From Candidatus Fermentibacteraceae bacterium (GTDB lineage: Bacteria; Fermentibacterota; Fermentibacteria; Fermentibacterales; JCC-6), in NCBI GenBank assembly GCA_041750285.1, contig JBGSZS010000011.1, forward strand, positions 86,981 to 150,980: 64,000 nucleotides of DNA, in the 5' to 3' direction. The first letter of the stretch is position 1. Each line of letters opens with the position of its first letter. Shown one piece after another: positions 39,299 through 49,091 of the stretch. Under the pieces are notes generated by a model, which worked only from the letters and a program-made list of their open reading frames with translations, ran no database searches and was not told the origin of the DNA. A program made the translations under genes and the position numbers.

Positions 39299-40551
39299 AA
39301 CGCATTCTGCTGGTGGAGGACAAGAGGGGCATGAGAAACATGCTCCGCACGGCCCTGGAAGAGGACGGATGGGAGGTGACCGAGGCCGGGAACACGCCCG
39401 ACGCCTTCAGGGAGCTTGCTTCCGCCGCCTTCGACGCCGTTCTCACCGATGTCTGCCTGCCCGGTGAAAGAGACGGCCTTGCGGTCCTGTCCAAAACACC
39501 GCCGGGTACCCCCGTCATGCTCATGACCGCCTACGGAACGATCGACATGGCCGTCGAGGCCATGAAGGCCGGCGCACGCGATTTCATCACCAAGCCCTTT
39601 GAACTCGGCGATCTGCTTTCAAGGCTCTCCTCCCTCGGTACGGGGCAGGGGCATGAGTTGATAGGACGAGATCCGGGACTTCTGGCGGTTCTTCGAAGGG
39701 CCGACTCCGCAGCCGCCTGCGACCTGAACGTCCTTGTCACTGGGGAAAGCGGCACGGGGAAGGAACTGCTGGTTGAGCGGATCCACCGAATGAGCCGCCG
39801 GTGTGAGGGTCCCTTCATACCCGTCAACTGCGCCGCGATCCCGCGGGACCTCTTGGAGAGCGAGCTTTTCGGCGCGGAAAAGGGAGCCTACACCGGAGCC
39901 TTCGAAAGCCGGGCAGGAAGGTTCGAAATGGCCTCGGGCGGAACCATTTTCCTCGACGAGATAGGGGATCTCGATCCGACGCTCCAGGGAAAGCTTCTGA
40001 GGGTTCTTTCGGGATGCACGTTCACCCGCGTCGGGGGCACCAGGCAGATCCACAGCGAGGCCAGGGTTCTGGCAGCGAGCAACAGGGACCTGCTTTCACT
40101 CTCCCGTGAAGGCTGCTTCAGGGATGACCTTTACTACAGGCTGAGCGAGTTCACGATCCATATTCCACCCCTTCGCGACCGCCGCGACGACATTCCCCTG
40201 CTGACCGAACATTTCCTGGCCGGAAGGGGAAAGCTGGCCCCGGACGCAATCGAGACCCTCATGAACAGCAGCTGGCCCGGAAATGTAAGGCAGCTCAGGA
40301 ACATCCTTCTCAGGGCCGCAGTCCTTGCGGATGGAAATCCCATCACGCGTGAGATGCTGGAGGTTCCCGACGAAGCCGCCCGTGAAGGCTCAATGCTCAC
40401 CGAGTCGGCAAGGGTGTCGCGCGAACAGGAGCTTAGAATGATTCACGACGCCCTCACGCGATGCGACGGCAACCGTTCGAGGGCGGCAAAGCTCCTGGGT
40501 ATCAGCTATCGGACGCTGCTCAACAGACTGAAGGACCACGGTCAGGCTTGA
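39295..40551 (+). CDS. Sigma54-dependent response regulator (NtrC family)
   Basis: Receiver domain; GESGTGKE, ESELFG..GAYTGA, FLDEIG, WPGNVRQL; Fis-type HTH. Confidence 0.95.
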   Translation: MKRILLVEDKRGMRNMLRTALEEDGWEVTEAGNTPDAFRELASAAFDAVLTDVCLPGERDGLAVLSKTPPGTPVMLMTAYGTIDMAVEAMKAGARDFITKPFELGDLLSRLSSLGTGQGHELIGRDPGLLAVLRRADSAAACDLNVLVTGESGTGKELLVERIHRMSRRCEGPFIPVNCAAIPRDLLESELFGAEKGAYTGAFESRAGRFEMASGGTIFLDEIGDLDPTLQGKLLRVLSGCTFTRVGGTRQIHSEARVLAASNRDLLSLSREGCFRDDLYYRLSEFTIHIPPLRDRRDDIPLLTEHFLAGRGKLAPDAIETLMNSSWPGNVRQLRNILLRAAVLADGNPITREMLEVPDEAAREGSMLTESARVSREQELRMIHDALTRCDGNRSRAAKLLGISYRTLLNRLKDHGQA

Positions 40552-42232
40552 CGGCTTCGAGTGCCTGGGCGGGAGTAATTCCGGGATCCCGCACAAGGGC
40601 GTCGAGAAGCATCTGGGCGCCCCTGGGGCTGATGCGCTGTTCACATGCCCACGCCATCGTCCCGGTTACCTTGTCCGCTCCGAGGACCCCGTACCAGTCG
40701 AACCCGGCCCTCTTCGATGCCCTGGACCTGTCCGCAAGCAGATTCGCAAGGGCTGAAGGTTTCCAGTCGACCTTTTTCAGAAGTGCTTCGAAATCGTCAC
40801 CCAGTTCGAGGCTCAGAAGCCTGTCGACAAGGTGTTCACTGACACCGAGCAGTTGCCATGTGTCGCGGCGTTCCCATGGAGGGGGGGGGAGGAGCGCCTT
40901 GAGCCTCTGGAAGGTGTCGGGACTGATGGGTTCAGGGGGGAGATCCGTGTCGGGGTACATGCGGTCCGCTCCGGGAAGTATGCGCTCGAACGTCGTCCTT
41001 CCGCCGGGAAGGGCCTGCCGGGTTTCGGCGGGAACCCCCTGAAAGGCTTCGGACACCCTTGCGTTGATCTCCTTTCCCGCGGTTTCAAGGTCTTCAGGAG
41101 TACCCCTGAATACCAGGAGGGCGTCTTCGGGTGTCAGACCGAACCTTGCGCGCAGCCCCGCGGATCCGGGAACCACTGTGGGATTGCCCCCTATGCAGGC
41201 GATGACCCTGACCCTTCCCTCCAGCTCGTCGAGGAATGTAAGACCGGGCTGAGTGTACCGGAAAAGGAAGGGAGCAAAACCCCTCAGAACGAGGGCGGCG
41301 GCCCGTTGGGAGCCGTCATTGGGGGGCAAGCCCTCGCCGGCAGCCTGCTCATCCGAAAGAAGTACTGGAAGGGCGTTGAATCCGTCCGGGCGAAGCGGGG
41401 AGGAGACAAGGTCGGCCCTGAGGTCGAGAAGGGCCTTCTGACGGTACGCTTCGATCCTGCAGAGGGGTTCGATCATGGCGATCCTGGGAACCCCCTTTAT
41501 CTCGACCCTGTGCCCCCCCCGAATGGATACGTTCACATCCTGCCGGACACTTCCAATGCCCCTCCTGACAAGGTGGGTCGAGCGCATGGTCTCACCTATG
41601 AGCTTTGCAGCCTGAGCCATCTCAAGCGGTGTCAGGAGTTCGGGGGCAGTGACCGGTTCAACGAGCGGAATGCTCAGGCGGTCGGTCCTGAACCATACGT
41701 GGTGCCCGACATCCGAGACCTCACGGCAGGCGTCCTCCTCGATGCTCATCTGGATGAAGTGCAGCTCGCGCCCGAGGAAGGGGATGCTTCCGTTCACACC
41801 GACGATGGCCGTTCTCTGGAAACCTGTTGGAATGCTGCCGTCGAGGTACTGCTTGCGCGTGATGTGGATCTCGTCCACCAGCGACATGTTGAACATCATG
41901 GCCAGGCGGAGCGCGATGGAGACGGCCTCGGGATTCGCCTTGAAGGGCGGCGTGTCATCCATTTCGTATGTGCAGACCGAGTCGTTGTAGAGAAGGTAGT
42001 GAACCTGCTTCTTCGTCTTGAATTCCATCAGTGCGGTCCCGTCGTACTCACCGAACTCGCTGAGCGTGGGACGCATGTGCCTGAGGAGCTCCTGGTGGTG
42101 CTCGTCGTTCCTTATCAGCGCCGGGCAGCGGCAGAAGAGCTTGCCACTCGTGGCAAGCTGCTGGTGGGTTTCCAGACCGCCTTTGAAACCAAGTTCCCTC
42201 AGTTCGGTATAGTCGTGTTGGTGGGGCTTCAT
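40520..42232 (-). CDS. gatE: Glu-tRNA(Gln) amidotransferase subunit E (archaeal type)
   Basis: GLETHQQL..KLFCRC, RPTLSEFGEYD, RKQYLDGSIPTGFQRT, RRGIGSVRQDVNVSI, RVEIKGV, GVPAETR...PGADRMYPDTDLPP, plus the GatE insertion. Confidence 0.9.
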   Translation of the reverse strand: MKPHQHDYTELRELGFKGGLETHQQLATSGKLFCRCPALIRNDEHHQELLRHMRPTLSEFGEYDGTALMEFKTKKQVHYLLYNDSVCTYEMDDTPPFKANPEAVSIALRLAMMFNMSLVDEIHITRKQYLDGSIPTGFQRTAIVGVNGSIPFLGRELHFIQMSIEEDACREVSDVGHHVWFRTDRLSIPLVEPVTAPELLTPLEMAQAAKLIGETMRSTHLVRRGIGSVRQDVNVSIRGGHRVEIKGVPRIAMIEPLCRIEAYRQKALLDLRADLVSSPLRPDGFNALPVLLSDEQAAGEGLPPNDGSQRAAALVLRGFAPFLFRYTQPGLTFLDELEGRVRVIACIGGNPTVVPGSAGLRARFGLTPEDALLVFRGTPEDLETAGKEINARVSEAFQGVPAETRQALPGGRTTFERILPGADRMYPDTDLPPEPISPDTFQRLKALLPPPPWERRDTWQLLGVSEHLVDRLLSLELGDDFEALLKKVDWKPSALANLLADRSRASKRAGFDWYGVLGADKVTGTMAWACEQRISPRGAQMLLDALVRDPGITPAQALEAVKPDRGPSVC

Positions 42233-42320
42233 GTCGCTGCCTCCGAAAAAGGATGGGAAGAAGAAACGGGTTCACCAATGAACAGCGGCAAAGATAACCA
42301 AAGAAGACCCCCGGGGGGAG

Positions 42321-42350
42321 TTGACACTGCACGAATCTCAGGGTCATAGT
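42321..42350 (+). promoter_or_regulatory. Putative sigma70 promoter of the hpf operon
   Basis: TTGACA-18 bp-CATAGT. Confidence 0.5.
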
Positions 42351-42454
42351 TGTTTCGTGACATCGAACAGAAAACAACCGCGTGAAGTCTGTCGAAACCC
42401 GCGACAGTTCATGCGGTTAGTCTTTTCTGTCCGGGAAAACAGGGAGGAGTCGAG

Positions 42455-42997
42455 ATGAACATCGAAATCAGCGCCAGACACTTCGATCTGACCGACGCGC
42501 TCAGAGACCACATCGACGGAAAACTTTCCTCGCTGGAACGGTACTACGATGGACTGGACGACGTCCAGGTCATTCTGGAGCTGTCCAAGGGAATGTGCTC
42601 CACCCATGTCCAGATGAGGGGCGATCAGCTCCGTCTCGACGCCAAGAACAGGGGGCACGACATGTACGCCTCCTTTGACGATTGCGTGTCCTCTCTCGAG
42701 GGCCAGCTCCGACGTTTCAAGGAAAGACGCCATAATCACCCTCACCGTGATACCGAGGATACAGCCGTTCCGGTATCCCTTTACGAACCCAGTGCAGAAT
42801 CGGAACTCAGGGGACCGATCACCATCGACAACAACGCCAAGCTCAGATCGCTCTCCACCTATCAGGCCATGGTGGAACTCGAGGTCGGCAACGATGAGAT
42901 GCTGGTGTTCTACAACGAGGAAACAGGGGCCATCAGCGCTGCCTACCGCACCGGCACGGGGTCGACATCCGTCGTGGAACTTCAGAAGATCGGCTGA
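42455..42997 (+). CDS. hpf: Ribosome hibernation promoting factor (long HPF/RaiA)
   Basis: MNIEISARHFDLTDALRDHI, DMYASFD, QLRRFKER; C-terminal LVFYN domain. Confidence 0.92.
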   Translation: MNIEISARHFDLTDALRDHIDGKLSSLERYYDGLDDVQVILELSKGMCSTHVQMRGDQLRLDAKNRGHDMYASFDDCVSSLEGQLRRFKERRHNHPHRDTEDTAVPVSLYEPSAESELRGPITIDNNAKLRSLSTYQAMVELEVGNDEMLVFYNEETGAISAAYRTGTGSTSVVELQKIG

Positions 42998-43003
42998 AAC
43001 CCA

Positions 43004-43978
43004 ATGCAGGACCGTTATCCGGAATCATCAGGAATGAACATCGAGGACCTTCTGGGGCACGTTGGCCTGCGGCTGGGACTGCAGTGCCTTACAGGGCGTC
43101 TCGGCTTCGACAGGCTTCTGACCTCGCCGGACGTCAGCAGGCCGGGGTTGTGCCTCACCGGCTACACCCACAAGTTCCTGAGCCACCGGATCCAGATCTT
43201 CGGTGAGACCGAAATAACAATGCTCTCGGAGATGAACCCCGGAAAGCGAAAGAAGGCCCTGGCCAACGTCTTCTCATTTCCCGTCATAGGCTCCATCGTG
43301 GCCAAGGGCCTCGAAGTCCCTCCCGAGCTGCTCGAGGCATCCGTGAAGGCGGGGGCCGCCCTCTTTCGCAGCCACCGCGACACGACCCCCCTGATCAACG
43401 ACCTCACCGCATTCCTGAACGAGGTTTTCGCGCCAAGGGAAGTCCTGCACGGCACGCTGGTGGACGTGTTCGGAGAGGGTGTTCTGTGTGTCGGCCGCAG
43501 CGCGATAGGAAAGAGCGAGGCGGTCCTCGGCCTCGTCGAACGCGGACACCGGCTGATCGCCGACGACACCGTGAGCGTGCGCAGGAACGGAGACACGCTT
43601 CTGGGCTCGGGCGACCCCGTCATCGGATACCACATGGAACTCAGGGGGCTAGGGTTCGTTAACGTTCCGGAGCTTTTCGGTGTCGGGGCCGTGAAGGAGA
43701 GGCAGCAGCTCGACCTTGTGGTGCGCCTCGTTGACGCCGACAGAATGGGTGAGATGGATCGTTCAGGGCTGGAAACCCTCACAACCGAGATACTTGGCCT
43801 CAGCGTCCCGCTGGTGGAGATCCCCGTGCTGCCCGGACGAAACCTGACAGTCCTTCTCGAAGTTGCGGCAATGCTCAACATCCGCAGGAAGAACACGGGG
43901 TCCACATCATCCGAACAGTTGAACCAGACACTCCTTGAAAAGCTGCAACAGAGGAGAGGACCGGACTATCCGCCATGA
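43004..43978 (+). CDS. hprK: HPr kinase/phosphorylase
   Basis: RPGLCLTGY, RIQIFGETE, HGTLVDVFGEG, GKSE, GHRLIADD, MELRGLG, PGRNL; start may be 43034. Confidence 0.95.
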   Translation: MQDRYPESSGMNIEDLLGHVGLRLGLQCLTGRLGFDRLLTSPDVSRPGLCLTGYTHKFLSHRIQIFGETEITMLSEMNPGKRKKALANVFSFPVIGSIVAKGLEVPPELLEASVKAGAALFRSHRDTTPLINDLTAFLNEVFAPREVLHGTLVDVFGEGVLCVGRSAIGKSEAVLGLVERGHRLIADDTVSVRRNGDTLLGSGDPVIGYHMELRGLGFVNVPELFGVGAVKERQQLDLVVRLVDADRMGEMDRSGLETLTTEILGLSVPLVEIPVLPGRNLTVLLEVAAMLNIRRKNTGSTSSEQLNQTLLEKLQQRRGPDYPP

Positions 43979-44247
43979 AAACCAGAACGCTCACTGTTCC
44001 CAACAAACTGGGGATCCACGCCAGACCCGCGGCTCTCATCGTCAGAAAGGCTTCAGAGTACAGAAGCGAGGTTTTCATCTCGAACGGCGTGGACGAGGTG
44101 AACGCCAAAAGCATCATGGGCGTCATGACGCTGGCGGCTGCGGGTGGAACCCGGATATCCATCTCGACTGACGGACCCGATGAAGACTCGGCCCTCGAAG
44201 GAGTGTGCGCAGTCATAGAAACAGGCTTCGGCGAGGAAATGCTCTGA
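43975..44247 (+). CDS. ptsH: Phosphocarrier protein HPr
   Basis: GIHARPA (His15), NAKSIMGVM (Ser46). Confidence 0.97.
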   Translation: MKTRTLTVPNKLGIHARPAALIVRKASEYRSEVFISNGVDEVNAKSIMGVMTLAAAGGTRISISTDGPDEDSALEGVCAVIETGFGEEML

Positions 44248-46001
44248 TGAGGCTTCAGGGAGTTCCGGCATCTCCGGGTATTGCCATCGGCCCGGCTTTC
44301 CTTCTGAAAGTCAGGGACTTCAGGGTCGTGCGACGGATTCTCGCCTCCGACGAAGAAGCCCTTGCCGAACTCTCACGGCTCAGGGAAGCTGTCGATTCCG
44401 TCGATGAAGACCTTTCCCGTCTCGCCGGCGAGATCGGGCATGTCGTCGAGGGAAGGCAGATCCTCGAATTCCTCAGGCTCCTTCTCCGTGACCCCATGAT
44501 TCACAGGGATGTCGAGGAGCGCATCCGCCCCGGCATGGAATGCGCCGAGTACGCCGTCAGCACAGTTCTGCAGGAGGTTCTCTCCAGGTTCATCGAGATC
44601 GACGACCCCTACATGAGGGAACGGGTCGCAGACGTAAGGGACATCGGCCGCAGGCTTCTGGAGAAGCTTCTTGGCACTGAGAAGGAAGCCCTTGCCAGGT
44701 CGGGCGAACCGCTGGTCCTCGTCACCGAGGACCTCGACCCTTCGGATACGGCCAGCATCGATACCAACCAGGTGGCGGCCATCGTCACGGACAGGGGCGG
44801 AAGCACTTCCCACACAGCCATCATCGCGCGGAGCATGGGCATTCCGGCCGTAGTGGCCCTCGATGACATAACCGCAGTTGTCAGCCCGAGGGACATCATC
44901 GTTGTCGACGGCATTCACGGCCAGGTCATCGTGAACCCCACCGAGAGCGAACTGGATTTCGCCCGGGGGATCATGGCGAAGTACATCGAGGCGGAGCGAA
45001 GCATCTCCGAGAATGCACTCAGTCCGGCGGTCACGGCCGACGGAGTGAGCATAGAGCTTTCGGGGAACATCGAGTTCCCGCAGGAGGCGGAACTCGTAAA
45101 AAAATACGGAGGCAAGGGCGTAGGGCTTTTCAGAACCGAGTTCCTCCGAGCGCTGAACAGGGGCATGGAAACCGAGGAAGACCATTTCAGGGTTTACGAC
45201 GGCGTCGCTGCGATCCTGGCGCCGGACCCTCTCCTGATACGGACCTACGACATGGGCGGCGACAAGTTCAAGCCCGGCATGACCCACGAGGCCAACCCCT
45301 TCCTGGGCTACAGGGGCATCAGGATCTGTCTCGACAATCCGGCGGAGTTCACCGATCAGCTCAGGGGAATACTCAGGGCATCAAGGCGCGGGAACGTACG
45401 GATGATGTTCCCGATGATCACCCACGTGGAACAGATGGTGACGATCCGGCAGCTCCTTTCGCGAATCGGCGAAGACCTTCGCCGCGATGGCATACCCTTC
45501 GACGAGAAGATGCAGGTGGGCTTCATGGTCGAAACCCCCGCAGCCGTCACGGCGCTCGACCTGCTGCTGCCCTACGCCGATTTCGTGTCCATCGGCACGA
45601 ACGACCTTACCCAGTACACCCTCGCAGTCGACCGTGGAAGCCCTCTGGTGGCGGATCTCTACGATCCGTTCCATCCCGGTGTGCTGCGCCAGATTGACCA
45701 TGTGGCAAGGGTTGCCCACGCCCACGGAAAGTGGGTCGGCGTCTGCGGGATCATGGCCGGAGACCCGCTTGCCGTACCGATACTGCTGGGGCTGGGAGTG
45801 GATGAACTGAGCGTCGCGTGCTCGTTGATCCCCGAAGTTAAGAAGATGATAAGCGTCTTCACCAGTGAGTCCGCGGCAGAGATAGCCTCGCACGCCCTGA
45901 CGCTCGGAACGGGACGGGAGATCAGGGCCATGGTGTACTCCCAGGTGACGGGAAGGTACCCCGAGATACTCCTTGACGAGAGCCTTGGAATAAGGAAGTA
46001 G
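44247..46001 (+). CDS. ptsI: PEP-protein phosphotransferase (Enzyme I)
   Basis: GGSTSHTAI, GLFRTEF, EANPFLGYRG, SIGTNDLTQY, VGVCG. Confidence 0.97.
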   Translation: MRLQGVPASPGIAIGPAFLLKVRDFRVVRRILASDEEALAELSRLREAVDSVDEDLSRLAGEIGHVVEGRQILEFLRLLLRDPMIHRDVEERIRPGMECAEYAVSTVLQEVLSRFIEIDDPYMRERVADVRDIGRRLLEKLLGTEKEALARSGEPLVLVTEDLDPSDTASIDTNQVAAIVTDRGGSTSHTAIIARSMGIPAVVALDDITAVVSPRDIIVVDGIHGQVIVNPTESELDFARGIMAKYIEAERSISENALSPAVTADGVSIELSGNIEFPQEAELVKKYGGKGVGLFRTEFLRALNRGMETEEDHFRVYDGVAAILAPDPLLIRTYDMGGDKFKPGMTHEANPFLGYRGIRICLDNPAEFTDQLRGILRASRRGNVRMMFPMITHVEQMVTIRQLLSRIGEDLRRDGIPFDEKMQVGFMVETPAAVTALDLLLPYADFVSIGTNDLTQYTLAVDRGSPLVADLYDPFHPGVLRQIDHVARVAHAHGKWVGVCGIMAGDPLAVPILLGLGVDELSVACSLIPEVKKMISVFTSESAAEIASHALTLGTGREIRAMVYSQVTGRYPEILLDESLGIRK

Positions 46002-46013
46002 AGGCAGAGAAAG

Positions 46014-46997
46014 ATGCACTGCATTATCCCCGCGGCTGGAATGGGCACCAGAATGAGGCCCCACACATGGTCCACTCCCAAACCCCTTCTGCCGGTGGCC
46101 GGAAAGCCCATCCTGGCCCATCTCATCGATTCCCTGACCCTGGTCGGGGTGAACAGGCTCACACTGGTTACCGGATATCTCGGAGGGATGCTGGTTGACT
46201 GGACCAGGCGAGCGTATCCCGATCACACCGTCGACTTCGTGGAACAGAAACACGCCAGCGGTCTCGGGGCTGCCGTGGGGCTCGCACGGGATCTCGTGGA
46301 CGACGGCCCCGTGATGGTGGCCCTTGCGGATACCCTTTTCGAGGCGGACCTTGGGGTTTTGAAGGCTTGCACCACCAACACGCTGGCGGTCTGTCCCGTG
46401 ACTGACCCCGAGCGTTTCGGGATAGTCGTGACTGGTCCGGACGGCAGGGTTCTCAGACTGGTGGAGAAACCGAAGGAACCCGTGGGCAACCTGGCAATAG
46501 TCGGAGTCTACTACTTCGCCGACGGCCCTTCACTGATGCAGGCATGCGATGAACTCCTGCGCCTCGGGATAAAGACCAGGGGCGAGTATCAGCTCACCGA
46601 TGCCATGGAGCTCATGCTGCGCGCAGGCCAACCCTTCCGGACCCTCCCCGTCGGGAGCTGGTACGACTGCGGTACCACTGACACCCTTATCCGGACGAAC
46701 AGGGCGCTTCTGGATTCGAATGGCGGCGCCGGAACCCCACTGCTCGAGAACAGCGTCGTCATAGAGCCCTGCGCCTTCGGACAGGGTGTGGTCCTGAGAG
46801 GATCGGTGGTCGGTCCCCACGTGAGCGCCGGCGATGGGGCCGTCATGGAGCGTTGCGTGATAAGCGACAGCGTTCTCGGCGCCGGCACGAGTATCAGCGG
46901 AGCCACACTGACAGGGTCGATGCTGGGGGCGGGGTCCATTGTCCGTCAGGCTCCGAAATCGCTATCCATCGGAGATGACTGCTCACTTGAAGTATGA
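46014..46997 (+). CDS. Sugar-phosphate nucleotidyltransferase (long glucose-1-P thymidylyltransferase-like)
   Basis: IPAAGMGTRMRPHT..PKPL, VEKP, GEYQLTDA, WYDCG; hexapeptide C-terminus. Confidence 0.9.
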   Translation: MHCIIPAAGMGTRMRPHTWSTPKPLLPVAGKPILAHLIDSLTLVGVNRLTLVTGYLGGMLVDWTRRAYPDHTVDFVEQKHASGLGAAVGLARDLVDDGPVMVALADTLFEADLGVLKACTTNTLAVCPVTDPERFGIVVTGPDGRVLRLVEKPKEPVGNLAIVGVYYFADGPSLMQACDELLRLGIKTRGEYQLTDAMELMLRAGQPFRTLPVGSWYDCGTTDTLIRTNRALLDSNGGAGTPLLENSVVIEPCAFGQGVVLRGSVVGPHVSAGDGAVMERCVISDSVLGAGTSISGATLTGSMLGAGSIVRQAPKSLSIGDDCSLEV

Positions 46998-48009
46998 CAG
47001 CAAAGTGGCCGTTTACGCAGCGGGAGCAGGAAACCGCGGCGGTACGGGTGTTTACATACAAAGGCTCCTGGCGGGTCTTGCCGAGGCCGGGCTGGACTGG
47101 GTGCTTCCGCTCGGCGGGGAATGCCGCGGAACACTTTCGAGGCTTCTGAGCGACTACGTTTCCGTCCCGCTTTCCGCCAGGGGCTTTGCTGCCGTCCATC
47201 TCCCTTCATTCGCCGGTTCGGTGCCCCGCGGTGTGAAAACCGTCGTGACCGTGCATGACCTGGCCTTTCTCGCCAATCCCGGGTGGTTCCCGTTCCTGAA
47301 ACGCCATTACTACAGGCTTCTGTTCCCCCGTATCGCGAAAGGCGCCTTCAGGATAATAACCGACAGCGGCTTCACCGCCGGCGAGGTGGCAAGGCTGCTT
47401 GCGATCCCGCAGGACCGTGTCAGAACCGTTTACCTTTCCCATGGAAGTCCACGGATCGAGGATCTTGCCGACTTCCGGCAAACCCGCGGACTGACCGGCG
47501 AATACGCGGTCTGCACATGCACGCTCGAGCCCCGGAAGAACATCGCGGCCCTCCTGGAGGCATGGAGGCTGGTGCTGGAATCGAGACCGGGCTACACACT
47601 CGTCATCGTGGGACGGTGGGGATGGGGCAGGCCCGAACTAAAAAAACTGCTGGAAAACTCTCCGGGGGTCATCTGGACCGGTCCCCTTTCAAGGCGGATG
47701 CTGAATTCCGCGGTTGCACAGGCCAAATTCCTTGTCTACCCATCCCTTTACGAGGGCTTCGGGCTGCCCCCCCTCGAGGCCGCGGCCCTCGGTGTGCCAT
47801 CGGTGCTCGGGCCGGCCATTGCACTCAGAGAGATATACGGTTCAGTGGCAAGTTTTTCCGATGGTGACCCCCGGTCCCTCTCCCGCGCAGTGCTTGAAGA
47901 ATTCGATACAAGCCGTTCTCCGGATGATCTCAGGGATTTTGCGGCATCTTTTTCGGGACTTGAAATGGCCCGCAAAACGGCCGAAGTCTACCGGGAGTGC
48001 CTTGCATGA
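46975..48009 (+). CDS. GT4 glycosyltransferase
   Basis: VVTVHDL, EPRKN, YPSLYEGFGLPPLEA. Confidence 0.92.
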   Translation: MTAHLKYDSKVAVYAAGAGNRGGTGVYIQRLLAGLAEAGLDWVLPLGGECRGTLSRLLSDYVSVPLSARGFAAVHLPSFAGSVPRGVKTVVTVHDLAFLANPGWFPFLKRHYYRLLFPRIAKGAFRIITDSGFTAGEVARLLAIPQDRVRTVYLSHGSPRIEDLADFRQTRGLTGEYAVCTCTLEPRKNIAALLEAWRLVLESRPGYTLVIVGRWGWGRPELKKLLENSPGVIWTGPLSRRMLNSAVAQAKFLVYPSLYEGFGLPPLEAAALGVPSVLGPAIALREIYGSVASFSDGDPRSLSRAVLEEFDTSRSPDDLRDFAASFSGLEMARKTAEVYRECLA

Positions 48010-49091
48010 GGATACTTCAGGTCTACAAGGACGTTTTTCCCTTCACGACGGGAGGCATAGAAAGGTACATCCACGACCTCTCATCCTTCCTCGTGAAGCG
48101 GGGGCACGAGGTCGCCGTGCTCACTGCCGGGTCGGGATTCAGGCAGAAGTCGGCCTCGGTCTCCGGTTTCAGCGTGATCGAGCTTCCAGCCATGGGGAGG
48201 GTTCTTTCGAATCCGCTTACCCTTTCCTACGGAAGGGCCATGAAGCTTTGGAGACCGGACGTGGCGCATTTTCATCTTCCGCTCCCCACGGCCGAAGTGG
48301 CCAGGCTTCTGGACCCCGGCAAAACTCCGTTCGTGGCCACGTACCACAGCGACATAGTAAGACAGGCCTTCCTGCTTCCCCTTTACGGACCGCTCCTGAG
48401 AAGGTTCCTCAAAAGGGCCTCCCTCGTTCTGGCCACCAGCGGCCGCTACGCCCGGACATCACCCTTTCTCAGGGGACTCGGCAATCTCAGGGTCGTTCCG
48501 ATAGGGGTTGACCTGTCACACTTCACACCCGGAAACGAGGAAAGGGCCGGTCACTTCCTCTTCGCCGGAAGGTTCAGGTCCTACAAGGGGATCAGGATAC
48601 TCCTCGACGCATGGAAGGAAATGACGAGCCCGCCGCCGCTGATCCTTGCGGGAGGAGGACCCATGGAGGGGTGGATCAGGGAGAGGATCGCGGGATTGCC
48701 GGCGAGGATCGTCCTGAACCCCTCCGATGACGAGCTTCTTACCCTCTACAGGACTGCTGCGGCCCTGGTCCTGCCTTCTGACAGAAGAAGCGAAGCGTAC
48801 GGAATGGTCCAGCTCGAGGCCATGGCGTGCGGGACGCCGGTGATCTCCACGGACCTGCCAACGGGTGTGCCCTGGGTGAACCGTCACATGAAGACAGGTC
48901 TTGTGGTGCCTCCGGGAAGCGCTGCAGCACTGGCCAAAGCGGTTGCCCGCATCATGGAGGACGCCCCCCTTCGCATGAGGCTGTCCAAGGGCGCCCTGGA
49001 AAGGGCCCGGGGAACATTCGACAGCAGGAGGCTGTTCCGGGAGGTGGAGAGTTGTCTGAACGAGGCGGCATCCCGCTCACCTCGGCGCTGA
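48006..49091 (+). CDS. GT4 glycosyltransferase (WbaZ/RfbU-like)
   Basis: GGIE, TYHSDIVRQ, SEAYGMVQLEAMACGTPVI. Confidence 0.92.
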   Translation: MRILQVYKDVFPFTTGGIERYIHDLSSFLVKRGHEVAVLTAGSGFRQKSASVSGFSVIELPAMGRVLSNPLTLSYGRAMKLWRPDVAHFHLPLPTAEVARLLDPGKTPFVATYHSDIVRQAFLLPLYGPLLRRFLKRASLVLATSGRYARTSPFLRGLGNLRVVPIGVDLSHFTPGNEERAGHFLFAGRFRSYKGIRILLDAWKEMTSPPPLILAGGGPMEGWIRERIAGLPARIVLNPSDDELLTLYRTAAALVLPSDRRSEAYGMVQLEAMACGTPVISTDLPTGVPWVNRHMKTGLVVPPGSAAALAKAVARIMEDAPLRMRLSKGALERARGTFDSRRLFREVESCLNEAASRSPRR

